A stretch of DNA of 64,000 bases from a virus. Under the pieces are notes generated by a model. The model was not told where the DNA came from. It did no database searches and saw only the letters and a list, made by a program, of their open reading frames with translations. Positions 1 to 10,026 of this stretch are shown here, in pieces. The stretch covers positions 12,280 to 76,279 of the IMG/VR virus record IMGVR_UViG_3300046534_001361, one strand, 5' to 3'. Made by a program: the position numbers and the translations under genes. Positions within the stretch are counted from its first letter, which is position 1, and each line of letters begins with the position of its first letter.

Positions 1-268
1 CAGCGTCCTGTAATTGCAGTTGATCAAACTGACCTTTCGGGTAATTGATGCTGATCGCAAAATCACCGTACGTTCTAGTGTACTCGCCACCAGCCTCGAC
101 ATTATCCTTAGTCCGAATAATGATTACAGGCCAGATCCACTTTTCGTTTACAGTTGCAGTAAACGGCGCGTTTGGGTACTTTACCCTTTGATCTGTATAT
201 CCAGCTGGCAAGTTTGCTTGCAGTCGCAAATAAAGATCAGAGGAAGTTAAAGACAGACTATCGGGCAT
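1..268 (-). CDS. Putative tail terminator/completion protein (runs off window start)
   Basis: Not in the ORF track. ATG at 268 overlaps the previous gene; reads MPDSLSLTSSDLYLRLQANLPAGY...KYPNAPF...GDFAISINYPKG and stays open to base 1. Position after the HK97 gp10-like gene fits a DUF4128-like terminator. Confidence 0.65.
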   Translation of the reverse strand, partial: MPDSLSLTSSDLYLRLQANLPAGYTDQRVKYPNAPFTATVNEKWIWPVIIIRTKDNVEAGGEYTRTYGDFAISINYPKGQFDQLQLQDA

Positions 269-620
269 TTACGATCCTAGCTATTGCGATTTGAACGAAC
301 CGGGCGGGCGCTTGTAGGCTATGCCCATCGTTTAATTTTGGCCCGTAGTCTAAATTGTTGGTAATATAAATTGAATCAAAATCATCACCTAAAACCGACC
401 CACCCAGCAAAATTGCTTGAGCCTCGGATATGGCTTGTGGTGCCCGCCGATTATGATCAGTTTTAGTTACGCGGTTATCCATCCCAACGTACCAATTTCC
501 TCGAAACCTGCCCGTATCGACTGGGGATACAATGGTAAACTCAGTTAGCAACTGCAAGGCCATTTTTCTTACTTCACGGTTGATATTACCGGTTAATTGA
601 GCGTGAAACCTGCTAGCCAT
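258..620 (-). CDS. HK97 gp10-like neck/tail-completion protein
   Basis: SPVDTGRFRGNW and NNLDYGPKLNDGHSLQAPARFV motifs. Confidence 0.8.
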   Translation of the reverse strand: MASRFHAQLTGNINREVRKMALQLLTEFTIVSPVDTGRFRGNWYVGMDNRVTKTDHNRRAPQAISEAQAILLGGSVLGDDFDSIYITNNLDYGPKLNDGHSLQAPARFVQIAIARIVNAR

Positions 621-982
621 TATTTAGTCCGCATTTGAAATGTGGTTGCTGCATCTGCTGTATCTGTTGTAATACTTTCAATGTTCACTGGCAGACCGTT
701 AAAAGTCGCACTTAAATTACCTGGAGATAGATCGACTGTGATTAATTGACGTTCAGCAGTAACAAAAAAATCACCTCTGACTATATTTACTCCGTCGATC
801 TGTGATGATTCGTAATCACCCCGTATCCCCTCAATATTATCAATACCATTAGTTACAACGGATTGTGTGAGATAATCCGCGCCACCCGAACTAGTTAGAA
901 CCAAAGGTTCCTTGAAATCGCCAAAATGTTCATTTATGAGTTCTTTTGATAATTTCTGAAAAAAAACTTTAGTTAATAACAT
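620..982 (-). CDS. Putative head-closure/head-tail joining protein
   Basis: Position in the neck cluster. ATG 982 (MLLTKV) abuts the upstream stop and is preferred over the track start at 1042. Confidence 0.55.
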   Translation of the reverse strand: MLLTKVFFQKLSKELINEHFGDFKEPLVLTSSGGADYLTQSVVTNGIDNIEGIRGDYESSQIDGVNIVRGDFFVTAERQLITVDLSPGNLSATFNGLPVNIESITTDTADAATTFQMRTK

Positions 983-983
983 T

Positions 984-1490
984 TCAAACCCTCTCGTTAT
1001 GCCCAAAACCGCTATTGGATTTAAAAAGATCAGATAGCGCATTTCTTACGCTGCTAAATGTTTTTGTTGAGTAAGCGCCGCCTTTATGAAACTCCGCTTC
1101 CATATTATTTAATTTGCCAACTTTTAAATCTTGAACAGTCTCGTCAGTAATCAATGACTGTCCAGTGTTAGCAATTAAACCCGCCTCAAGTTGAGCTGTT
1201 TTTAACTGATGAGGTATTACATTAGACGCTAATAATTCGCAATGAATATAAACATATTTACGCGGGTAAGGTAAATTTTGATTTAAGGGATCAACCTTTA
1301 GCCCCTTAAATGAGTTCCTCGATTCATATTGCAAAATAAGCTTGATTGCCTTTCTTTGCAATATGTCCCGGTCTGATTCCAGAGCGGGTAATGTAACGCC
1401 AAATTTTGCAGCATAAGCCACAAATTCAGCGTCCGTTGTAAAAGATTCGGCGCTAGCAACACCAGCGCCTGTCTCAACTATTAACGCCAT
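984..1490 (-). CDS. Head-tail adaptor (DnaT-like phage family)
   Basis: MALIVETGAGVASAESF N-terminus and Q-x-L-x-YPR motif typical of this siphovirus adaptor family. Confidence 0.7.
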   Translation of the reverse strand: MALIVETGAGVASAESFTTDAEFVAYAAKFGVTLPALESDRDILQRKAIKLILQYESRNSFKGLKVDPLNQNLPYPRKYVYIHCELLASNVIPHQLKTAQLEAGLIANTGQSLITDETVQDLKVGKLNNMEAEFHKGGAYSTKTFSSVRNALSDLFKSNSGFGHNERV

Positions 1491-1756
1491 TATTCGGCGA
1501 TTTCCTTGTACAATTCTGATAATTCAAATTTGCTTGAATTGCTGGCGAAATTTACGCCAGCAAGATCAAGTTCAAATTTATACCAGTTTGCACTGTTGAT
1601 TTTGTGCGGGTTTTTACTATCATCCAAAACAAGACCAGGCTCAACAAGATCAGGCTCAACGTATACTTGGTGATCTTCCGTGAGGTCACATGTATTGATA
1701 AAGCAAAATCCGCGTTTACTTTGATTGTTGACGATTTTAGTCGTTGGAACTCTCAC
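1490..1756 (-). CDS. Small head-associated protein (C-terminal HeH/LEM-like)
   Basis: Directly after the capsid gene; ends ELDLAGVNFASNSSKFELSEL. Confidence 0.45.
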   Translation of the reverse strand: MRVPTTKIVNNQSKRGFCFINTCDLTEDHQVYVEPDLVEPGLVLDDSKNPHKINSANWYKFELDLAGVNFASNSSKFELSELYKEIAE

Positions 1757-1758
1757 AG

Positions 1759-2898
1759 TTAACCCACCAACATTGCGATATGTTCCGGTTTGATCGCTTT
1801 AACACCCCAGAGAATTTGTACTCTGTAGCCTGTCACACCGTCGCCTTTCCACTCGGAAAATTCGAAAGCGATATTCGATCGTTCATCAGTGATGACGATT
1901 TCACCTGTTCTGGCATCACCGCCAGGAGCTTGTTCAGGTAACCGGGTGATTAGTTGTATCGCATTTCGCGTAAAACCGAGATTAACTTCATACTCCGCAG
2001 ACAATGTTACGGTTGCACCATCAATAATGGGTTTCATCAATCCAGGATTGTTGATAGTGATAACACTACCAGCAAAAGATTTAACGACGTATTTGTTTTG
2101 ATCGCCTGAAATTACGACAATATCACCAGGGATGATTGTGCCAGTACCAGTATCAACCGCGATTGCGGTTGTTCCTTTAGCGTAACCAGCACCGTTATTA
2201 ACCAAATAACCCGCCCCTGTTCCTGGAGTATGAACGACCGCCTGGCCTGTTTCTCGCACTGTAAAACCATGCACCGGTTGACTAAAAGTACCGAGCCTCA
2301 GAAGATCGGAATCACCAGACTCATTGACTTTAGTAAGACTGGTATTTTCCAACGCGTTAGCACCAGATTCAGTATTTAAAACTAGCTGTTTGCCCGCCAT
2401 TGGGGCACCATTGTCTTTAAGTATTTTACCAACCTGGGCGGTGTCCTTCACTCCTGTTGCAAATGGAGTAGTTCCCGGCACGCCGTATGCCCTGCAAGCA
2501 TTCAAGTACCCTTCGGTTAACAAATCAAGCTCCATTTCATTTAGCAGCTCGCGTAGAGCTTCCGTAACGTTTGCCTGCAACGTTGCGCTAACTGTTGCGC
2601 CACTATCCAAAGCCACGGCCTCTTCACCAGTAATAGCAAAGAAAACCATTCGGTCCTTTGTTAGTGAAACCTGGACTGCTTCAGTTACCAAATCGGTGGG
2701 CGTCTGAGTTGTCATGCTAGGAACGTTGTCACGTCCGGTTGCTTTAGTTGATACGTTAATTGTGATTGGTCGATTTAATCCCGCTCTAGCTGCGCTTAAG
2801 TTCATGCCAACCGAGGGAACCATGCCGATAATTTCTTTAGAAATTTCGTTTACTGAAGCAAAAAGTGTACCGTAAGCAAGTGTAAAAATGTTACTCAT
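1759..2898 (-). CDS. Major capsid protein, P22 coat-like
   Basis: 379 aa after the scaffold; C-terminal YRVQILWGVKAIKPEHIAMLVG and internal insertion domain (GYLVNNGAGYAKGTTAIAVDTGTG). Confidence 0.85.
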   Translation of the reverse strand: MSNIFTLAYGTLFASVNEISKEIIGMVPSVGMNLSAARAGLNRPITINVSTKATGRDNVPSMTTQTPTDLVTEAVQVSLTKDRMVFFAITGEEAVALDSGATVSATLQANVTEALRELLNEMELDLLTEGYLNACRAYGVPGTTPFATGVKDTAQVGKILKDNGAPMAGKQLVLNTESGANALENTSLTKVNESGDSDLLRLGTFSQPVHGFTVRETGQAVVHTPGTGAGYLVNNGAGYAKGTTAIAVDTGTGTIIPGDIVVISGDQNKYVVKSFAGSVITINNPGLMKPIIDGATVTLSAEYEVNLGFTRNAIQLITRLPEQAPGGDARTGEIVITDERSNIAFEFSEWKGDGVTGYRVQILWGVKAIKPEHIAMLVG

Positions 2899-2909
2899 AA
2901 TTTATCCTG

Positions 2910-3755
2910 TTAATGTTGTGTGACGATACCGCCGCTTGTCATATATTTATGCTGTTCTGATGAGTTCATCAATTTGAACTTGTCATCACTCATTTTTTGC
3001 CTGTTAGTACCACTTTCAGAACCGCCACCCTGAGCGCCAACACCGCCTTTGGCCTGATGATTTTTAAATGGTTTAAAAAGATCATCAGTTTCAAACGATG
3101 CTATCAAAGCATTTTGATCAGGCAATTCCCGACCAGAGTGGTCGGTGTAATGTAAAACGCCGTTAATATTTTCAACTCGGCCCGTGGCTTTTAGCATTTC
3201 AGCCACGCCTTTAGAACTTGCCGCGTTAGAATAACCGGCAGCAATAGTTTGGACGGCTGATGATAGCTGTAGGCTATAGCTTTCAAGTTTAACTTTTTCG
3301 GCTTGATCAATGAGTTCTTTGTTCGTTAATTCGAGGGCTGTGAATCGCGCTTTTTCCAGGAGCATTGCAGCGTCAGCATTTGATTGAGCCTGATCAGACA
3401 ACTTTTTTGAAACTGCCATTGCCTCGTCATGCTTACCCTTTGATAGGTAATTTCCCAGTTCGTCAGTAAGCGCTTGCTTCGCCGCCTCTGCCGTCGCCGT
3501 TTCAAGCGCTAATTTGTCGGCTTCTTGATTTTTAATAAAATTAGCAAGTTTTAATTGGCTTTCTTTGCTCGCTTGATTTGCAATTTCAGTAGCGGCGTTC
3601 GCAGCAGTCAAACCAAGATTACCTTCATTTAGCTGCGCTTGCATAGCGATCATTTCGTTGTGAACGTATGATACTCCGGCATCACTTTTCACTTCGGAAT
3701 AATTGTCGCCCTCATCGTCTGGGATGTCTTGTTTATTTAAGTAGGATAGAGCCAT
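2910..3755 (-). CDS. Capsid scaffolding protein
   Basis: Ala/Glu/Lys coiled coil with a Gly-rich C-terminal linker (KGGVGAQGGGS), between portal and capsid. Confidence 0.7.
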   Translation of the reverse strand: MALSYLNKQDIPDDEGDNYSEVKSDAGVSYVHNEMIAMQAQLNEGNLGLTAANAATEIANQASKESQLKLANFIKNQEADKLALETATAEAAKQALTDELGNYLSKGKHDEAMAVSKKLSDQAQSNADAAMLLEKARFTALELTNKELIDQAEKVKLESYSLQLSSAVQTIAAGYSNAASSKGVAEMLKATGRVENINGVLHYTDHSGRELPDQNALIASFETDDLFKPFKNHQAKGGVGAQGGGSESGTNRQKMSDDKFKLMNSSEQHKYMTSGGIVTQH

Positions 3756-3882
3756 TATTATCGGGCCTTACGTTGATTAGTTTCATTACTTAGTCAAATA
3801 TACTATCTATTGGCGTAAATAACAACATAGTAACTATATAAATATTAGTCAAGTTAACTAATTTAGTCAAATTGACTAATGA

Positions 3883-5349
3883 TTATTCTCCAGTTAATGT
3901 TGCTCGCTTCAAGATATCCTCAACATCCCCAATCAAAACACCACCGGATTTTAACTGAAGAAGCGCTTCCTCCCGATCAGTCACACCATCTAAATATGAT
4001 TTTCGGATAACATCTTGTTGTTGTGGCGATATTTTTACTTTGTCGAATTCTTTGTTTATGGTTAATTTTATATTTTCGAAATTAGGCGCTGATTCCATAA
4101 ATTGAAGACATGATTTAAGCGACCTCATATAACCGGCTTCGGTTGAAGTCGCTATATTGATTAGGCTAGATAAAACCTCTGCTTGTTTTAGCTGTGCGAC
4201 CCCCACCGCCTCATCATTGCTGTCTGATGTATTAAAAGCGCCGCCAAGTGCTCTGATTTGTTTTTGATTGTTATCCATAAATACTACAAAAGCGTTATTA
4301 TCTCCATCCCAAGTTAAGTATCCTATATTGCCACCTGGCGGTAACGGTATGTGGGCATCAATCCCCGATCCAAACGTCTCTGATCCCGTCATGTCTTTAA
4401 AAATTTCAAAAGAGTGTGCATCCCAACCTGAACTCCAAGCTGTGGGGGATCCGGCTTTGTGTAGACTAGCCATGTAATCAGCACTAACCTGATACCTAGT
4501 TATCGTTTTCAAGCATATTGGATATAAAATCCCCATTGATTTGGGTATAGAATGCATACTATCTTTTTGATCAATGATAATTTCAAATGGAATTTTTTTA
4601 AATGTATTACCGCTGCCGTCTCGTGGGTATTTTTTTTCAGAAAGCTCTTGAGAGCTACCTTCGCTGCCGGGTTCCGGCTTTGTCGCTTTGCGCTGATAAT
4701 AACCGATATCATCTAACCCTAAAATTAATCTGCTTGTTAGGTTTTTACGCTGGCCCGTTTCATGATCGACAACTGCTATTTCTTCAGTTAATTTAGCATA
4801 AACAAGCTGCTTAATTCCGTTAACAACTCCAAAATCCCAATCAACTAATGACTGGCGCGGATAGTGTTTTATAGTCGCTTTAAAACCCATAGATTTTGCT
4901 TGAGCATCGGTAAGATCACCTTCGATGTCTACACCGTTATAATCAGATAATAAACAATGGAATTTAACTTGTGCAATACTTGATTGAGTCATCTCAATTG
5001 ACTCTGATAGTGGTGTACCTGATCCGTCTGAGTCCGATACAAGGTAATCTATGCTTTTTGGCAATTCTATGTTGGGTGGACTTGCTGACATAGCGCCGCA
5101 CCATCGACTCAGTGTGTGAGCTGGAATTCCATCAAATTCCGCTCGATCTTTATACGCTAAAAACTTCGCATCGTTGTGACCATTATAATTTACATAATCT
5201 TTAGCTTCAGACGGATTTTTAAGATATTCGGCATTGCGATCGCCGTATTTAACACACCAACTACCCTGGACACAATCCAGGACCAGCCTGACCTGTTCAA
5301 TCGTGTCTGAATAATGTGGATGTGTAGTGTTGAAAATAAAACTGTCCAT
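3883..5349 (-). CDS. Portal protein (DUF4055-like)
   Basis: 488 aa; HPHY N-terminus, YKDRAEF, LLSDY, IPFEII motifs; head-cluster position. Confidence 0.75.
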   Translation of the reverse strand: MDSFIFNTTHPHYSDTIEQVRLVLDCVQGSWCVKYGDRNAEYLKNPSEAKDYVNYNGHNDAKFLAYKDRAEFDGIPAHTLSRWCGAMSASPPNIELPKSIDYLVSDSDGSGTPLSESIEMTQSSIAQVKFHCLLSDYNGVDIEGDLTDAQAKSMGFKATIKHYPRQSLVDWDFGVVNGIKQLVYAKLTEEIAVVDHETGQRKNLTSRLILGLDDIGYYQRKATKPEPGSEGSSQELSEKKYPRDGSGNTFKKIPFEIIIDQKDSMHSIPKSMGILYPICLKTITRYQVSADYMASLHKAGSPTAWSSGWDAHSFEIFKDMTGSETFGSGIDAHIPLPPGGNIGYLTWDGDNNAFVVFMDNNQKQIRALGGAFNTSDSNDEAVGVAQLKQAEVLSSLINIATSTEAGYMRSLKSCLQFMESAPNFENIKLTINKEFDKVKISPQQQDVIRKSYLDGVTDREEALLQLKSGGVLIGDVEDILKRATLTGE

Positions 5350-5408
5350 GATTAACCCGTAAAAACCATTAATTAGTCAATCATACCACTATTTAGTTAA
5401 TTTGCAAT

Positions 5409-6584
5409 TTAGTCTAACCCGGCACGTTTAAAGTTTTTTTCAAATCTAGGTATATTCCTTAGCTGATCGATTGTCAGAGGCATATCATTAGCGTCTGTAA
5501 AATCATTAACGCTAAATCCGCCATCAAGAAACAACCGACCTCTTGTTGGTCCAAATTTATCTAGTATAAAAGCATCAGGTTGATCTCTCAACCATTGATC
5601 TGTTGTAGTTTTTGAAGAAACCCGCTTGATACCGTAAACATCAGTGTCAGCTCTACCCCGATATTTGGGCTTGCGTTTGTAATCAGCTATATCATTTGAT
5701 TTTCCACCTACTGAAGGACGCATTCCGGATAGTGCATCAGTACCGGCAACTTGCACTATATAAACAGATCGTTCATTAAAATGAAATGGTAATCTAGGGT
5801 ACGTGTCGTCGTTAATGTCATACTCTCGCAAATTGCGGCTGTAACAAATGGGGGTTGTTCGATTATCTAAAGTGGCAAACAAAATCCTTACATCAATGAT
5901 ATCAGCATTCATCAAATAAAGTTTGTCTCTTGCTGCGTTAGCGTAGTGATTAGTGCCAGTTCTAACCAAGGTTGCGGCATTTCTTAATTGCGTTGCATTG
6001 GTAATTATCCCCCCCATATATCTTTTTTCTGACCTGTTATAATTCCCTCTTAAGTCAGTTACTATTTCGGAATTTGACTTTCCACTTTGATACCCACTTA
6101 ATATAGTGCTGACAATTTCTTTGGATAATTTATCAGTATTTGTTCTGACAAATTCAGCCCAAACACCTGTTATAGTCCTTGCCAAAGCGTTTTTTGTGGC
6201 CGGGATGTTAATCGACAACAACGCAGCTTTAACCGCTGTGGTGATCGCTGATTCTGATGTCATTGTGAAATTGGCATCAACAATATCATTGTAAATCCCC
6301 ATGACATGATCCGCATCAAGCAACGCCATTTTTTCTAACTGCGTTGTTATTTCGGCCCACATGGTTGTCCATTGGTCAATAAATTCCTTAGTTATCAGTT
6401 TTTCAGCGGCGTTCCTTTCAACCCGATTCAGATCCGAACCCTCTCCCTGTGCGCCAATAATCCTTGGTGCTAGCCTAGCCATTTCTTTGATGGTTTTATT
6501 TATGTGCTCAATGATGAGGTGAGAAGCGAATCTTTGCAGGTAAACTTCTCTTCTCAAAAGAGTATCAGTAATTGTATGTTTCAA
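5409..6584 (-). CDS. Minor head/head morphogenesis protein (Mu gpF/SPP1 gp7-like)
   Basis: AATLVRTGTNHYAN, ATLDNRTTPICYS, PFHFNERS, WLRDQP motifs. Confidence 0.85.
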   Translation of the reverse strand: MKHTITDTLLRREVYLQRFASHLIIEHINKTIKEMARLAPRIIGAQGEGSDLNRVERNAAEKLITKEFIDQWTTMWAEITTQLEKMALLDADHVMGIYNDIVDANFTMTSESAITTAVKAALLSINIPATKNALARTITGVWAEFVRTNTDKLSKEIVSTILSGYQSGKSNSEIVTDLRGNYNRSEKRYMGGIITNATQLRNAATLVRTGTNHYANAARDKLYLMNADIIDVRILFATLDNRTTPICYSRNLREYDINDDTYPRLPFHFNERSVYIVQVAGTDALSGMRPSVGGKSNDIADYKRKPKYRGRADTDVYGIKRVSSKTTTDQWLRDQPDAFILDKFGPTRGRLFLDGGFSVNDFTDANDMPLTIDQLRNIPRFEKNFKRAGLD

Positions 6585-6774
6585 CTTTCTTTACTCTTTT
6601 ATGTTTAGACAAACAAGCTCGGTTTGTTTTCATAGGCATTGACCTTGGTTTCTTCGTTTTCACGCTCAAAAAAAGGCATTTGTTTATTTGCAGACATGTT
6701 AATTTCTCCAATTGATTTTATGTGACTTTAGCATAATTTTAGTGATATTAAAAACTGGCGTGAATTCAAGGCAA

Positions 6775-6802
6775 TAAAAAACCCCAACCAAGGGGTTTTT
6801 AA
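6775..6802. terminator. Probable intrinsic terminator
   Basis: AAAAAACCCC-AACCAA-GGGGTTTTT hairpin with A/T tracts, between the accessory block and the head genes. Confidence 0.6.
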
Positions 6803-6910
6803 TAGGGTCTAATTCGCTGGGGTTGTTATGGGGTGTCTACTGTAACTTACGTATATTATAAAGTGTTTTACTATACATTGTTAATTATCAAATCTGACCT
6901 GCTTACTTTT

Positions 6911-7672
6911 TCATTCATTCACGCTGCGGAGAGCATCAAATAAATTATCCCGTTCTTGTTGCCAATATTCAAACTGTGTTGAATCCCATGCTGAAAGCAA
7001 TTCTGAAAGACATGCTGAAAATCCTCCTGCAACTGCTGAACGTGGCGCCGAATGTGCCGAATATACTGATTCTGCTGACAATCCCGCCGAATATGCCGCT
7101 GACTCTGCGGCTGACTCTGCGGCTGACTCTGCGGCTGTAAAAAAGCCTGGGGATTCTGACCATGATTTGTGTGCTGCTTTCTGCGCGGCCCTCCACTGTC
7201 TAATAAGGGCGAATAACACCACCTCTTTATGTGCTTTTGTGTTTGCTGACTGCCACATTTCAATTGTTGCATTCTCCCAATTCTGGTGTAATTCAATCAC
7301 CGCATTGATGCAAGGTTTTATTTCACCCGTTGCTACCGCTGCTAACGGCGTTAACCGGGCAATTGCCGTTAAATGTAAAACTGGGGTTAAATCGGTATCA
7401 ACCGGGATCAACTCGAGCAACTGTACCGGAAAAAATACAGCTTCTCCTTCCGGTAATCCCTCAAAAATAGCTTCTGACAGATAAACGAACCAAAGGGGCA
7501 CACCCATAAATACCGCTGCTTTTTCTAGCGCGTTATCATCCGTTTGCATCATGCACCCGTAACAGCAGCCTACGCCGGAAATTGGGTTAAACCAATCTCC
7601 CTGTTGAATTAGATCTGCAACCTGGTGGCCTTTCATCAGTTCGATTGCCGTTTCTTTTTGTAATTTGTTCAT
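6911..7672 (-). CDS. Phage hypothetical protein, family B copy 1 (C-terminal AESA repeats)
   Basis: First ~140 aa almost identical to 47968..48624; GCCYGC motif. Confidence 0.8.
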   Translation of the reverse strand: MNKLQKETAIELMKGHQVADLIQQGDWFNPISGVGCCYGCMMQTDDNALEKAAVFMGVPLWFVYLSEAIFEGLPEGEAVFFPVQLLELIPVDTDLTPVLHLTAIARLTPLAAVATGEIKPCINAVIELHQNWENATIEMWQSANTKAHKEVVLFALIRQWRAAQKAAHKSWSESPGFFTAAESAAESAAESAAYSAGLSAESVYSAHSAPRSAVAGGFSACLSELLSAWDSTQFEYWQQERDNLFDALRSVNE

Positions 7673-7734
7673 CGTTCTTCACCTTTATTTTGTTTTTTAA
7701 GGCCAGGCAAACAATCCACCTGGGCCTGCCTTTG

Positions 7735-8199
7735 TTATAATAATTCGCCGCTGGGTAGGTTGCTTGCTCCTTTATCGAGGATGCTCATAGCAATCACAGC
7801 TTGGTTAGCGCACTCATCCAGCGGCAAATCTGTTTTTTGAATTATACTACACATTAATCTCACACACGTTTCTCTACGCCAAGCAATGTGCGATTCATTG
7901 GTCGATTCAATGCTGGTAATATGATCACCTGCCTTTTCTTGCTGCTGATTTTGTTTTTTGACTTTGCTAATGGCATTGTCAATAAATTTACAATCATGGG
8001 CATCTGGGTTCCTAAAATATTTAACCCAGCCTAAAACGTTCCCATTGCAATCAATCAGATCGATCGTTATACCACCAAAACAACTATTACGGTTTGTAAA
8101 CCCAACCCGCCAACCCGTCGGCTTTAATTTTTTAATTCTGTCTAAAAGTTTCCCATTCAGTTCGTTTATAGTGTTTATAGTGCTTATATGGTCATTCAT
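7735..8199 (-). CDS. Hypothetical protein
   Basis: 154-aa ORF with GAGG RBS. Confidence 0.6.
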   Translation of the reverse strand: MNDHISTINTINELNGKLLDRIKKLKPTGWRVGFTNRNSCFGGITIDLIDCNGNVLGWVKYFRNPDAHDCKFIDNAISKVKKQNQQQEKAGDHITSIESTNESHIAWRRETCVRLMCSIIQKTDLPLDECANQAVIAMSILDKGASNLPSGELL

Positions 8200-8412
8200 T
8201 ATTTCTAAACCTCAATTTAATGGTTAAGCCTAGCCGAATCTTTTGTTATACTAAATCAATTAATAATTTATTGCGATGCTACAATCTATTTAGATTAAAG
8301 ACAGTGCAAGGTGGGCGGCTACTAAAAGTGCCAGTAAACCCTCAGATAGCATTCTTTCTGCCAGCGTGGGCGGCGCAAGGGTTGTTTTTGTATCGATATG
8401 CAATGTCATTTT

Positions 8413-8679
8413 TTAATCCTCTGTTTCGGAATAATCAAAGCTGCTTGCATCAACTACAACCCCCCAAAATTCAAAAGCTTTTTTAATAAACATGGCCCAG
8501 TCTTTTTCATTCACAGCGCCGTGTGTGCAAAAACGACACTCAGGTGCTCCAGCCATTTGATCGCTGATACTATTGTGTAAATCTATGCCGTATTTACTAA
8601 ACCTACCAACTGTGGACCCATCATCACAATGAATCCAAACAGTGTCTCGGTTGGCACTAGTTTGTATTTCATATTTCAT
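8413..8679 (-). CDS. Conserved phage hypothetical protein
   Basis: TVWIH..DGSTVGRFSKYGIDLH..C..CTHG pattern; overlaps the upstream gene. Confidence 0.65.
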   Translation of the reverse strand: MKYEIQTSANRDTVWIHCDDGSTVGRFSKYGIDLHNSISDQMAGAPECRFCTHGAVNEKDWAMFIKKAFEFWGVVVDASSFDYSETED

Positions 8680-9022
8680 GTTTTATTTTCTTATGGGCTG
8701 GTTGAGAGATTGCAATCAATCCGCGACCGCTGCTATCTTTTCTAATGAACGCGTGTATCAGCTCCTTTGTTATCGCTGTTTGAGTGATCGGAGTTATTGG
8801 TAACAGTGCTGTAGCAACTGCGCAAAACGCCTCCATTTCGATACCCCATTTATCAAATAGCAACTCGTCTAAATCGACATTTTCATTTATCGCGTCTACC
8901 ATCTGAGTTTCATTCATACCGATAGCTGATAGTGCCAGCTCTTCTAAATCATAAACTAGAAAGCTGGGTTTAAGTCGTTTATTTTTAGGTTCAATGGCTG
9001 TTTTGCTTTTTACGTTGCTCAT
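8669..9022 (-). CDS. Hypothetical protein
   Basis: 117-aa ORF with AGGA RBS, in operon. Confidence 0.6.
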   Translation of the reverse strand: MSNVKSKTAIEPKNKRLKPSFLVYDLEELALSAIGMNETQMVDAINENVDLDELLFDKWGIEMEAFCAVATALLPITPITQTAITKELIHAFIRKDSSGRGLIAISQPAHKKIKHEI

Positions 9023-9052
9023 ATTTATTCATCCTTTGCAGTTGATTTAATG

Positions 9053-9274
9053 TTAGTTATTTTCTTTTAATGCGCCCGGATTTTTGGGCGCTTTTGGTGT
9101 TGATAAATAATCTGCGATGGTTTCCAGCTCGACTGATAGCTCAAAAAAATCTGAACCTTGGTAAGCTTGCGCTTCGCCGTTACTTGCTCTGAGCGAATTT
9201 TCAGCTTCCATACCTTTTATTTCTGCATCTATGGACATTGCTCTGATCAACGTTATAGTATATGGATTGTTCAT
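9053..9274 (-). CDS. Hypothetical protein
   Basis: AGGAG RBS; EIKGMEAEN..R..NGEAQAY motif common in phage small proteins. Confidence 0.6.
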   Translation of the reverse strand: MNNPYTITLIRAMSIDAEIKGMEAENSLRASNGEAQAYQGSDFFELSVELETIADYLSTPKAPKNPGALKENN

Positions 9275-9384
9275 TGTTCTACTCCTGTTTTAAATTAATT
9301 TTAACCTACCCAACCCTTTACGAGCTGGGTTTTATTTATTCTATTTAGTTTTGATTTGCTGCCCACCAGTCTGTTCTTAACAGC

Positions 9385-9690
9385 TCATCTTCTAACATTT
9401 TTATATTCCTCAAATTGTGTTGTCATCGCTAACCATTCTGCCGCTTTTGACTCTACTTTAGACCACGCCGTACCGGTGCCGTGCTCAATGGAATCCCATT
9501 TAATATAAAATCCGTACTCCTCAGAACCCTCTTGCATTCCCCTAGGTGCATACACTAACTCCCCCTCGCAATCAGGACCGGTGTAATTCAAACCGTACAA
9601 GTAGCCACTGTCAGCGACACCCTCGCCTCTAGTAATGCCCATTCTTGCCAGCTCGTCAAAGTTTTCGTTGATAATTTCTTCAGTTGTCAT
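9385..9690 (-). CDS. Hypothetical protein
   Basis: 101-aa acidic ORF with AGGA RBS. Confidence 0.6.
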   Translation of the reverse strand: MTTEEIINENFDELARMGITRGEGVADSGYLYGLNYTGPDCEGELVYAPRGMQEGSEEYGFYIKWDSIEHGTGTAWSKVESKAAEWLAMTTQFEEYKNVRR

Positions 9691-9843
9691 TTCATTTTCC
9701 TGTTAAGTATTTTTTTAATCTGCCAAAGCGGCCCTTTTGATTTACACTGAGTATAGGCGATTAAAAACAAAAGTAAACTTATATTTGACTAAACGAAAAA
9801 ATAATACGATAATAGGCTTATCACTTAATAAAGAGTAATAAAT

Positions 9844-10026
9844 ATGAATGCAACACGAAAATTAACTAAACAAGTCAAAATCTTTGACCGTGTACACGCA
9901 ATGGCTAAAGAGATTGTGGATTATCAAATGGAAGGCAACGTGTCACCATCAACTATACAAGGAGTTATCAATCAGGCTGTAATTGACGCTCACGATCGGA
10001 TGAAAAAAAAGGAGAAGAAGCAATGA
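9844..10026 (+). CDS. Small hypothetical protein (possible RHH regulator)
   Basis: First gene of the divergent + strand block; TTGACT...GATAAT promoter-like sequence upstream. Confidence 0.5.
   Translation: MNATRKLTKQVKIFDRVHAMAKEIVDYQMEGNVSPSTIQGVINQAVIDAHDRMKKKEKKQ

Noticed and set aside
14-250. + strand 78-aa ORF
   Set aside because: Antisense to the minus-strand tail gene 1..268, which fits the operon.
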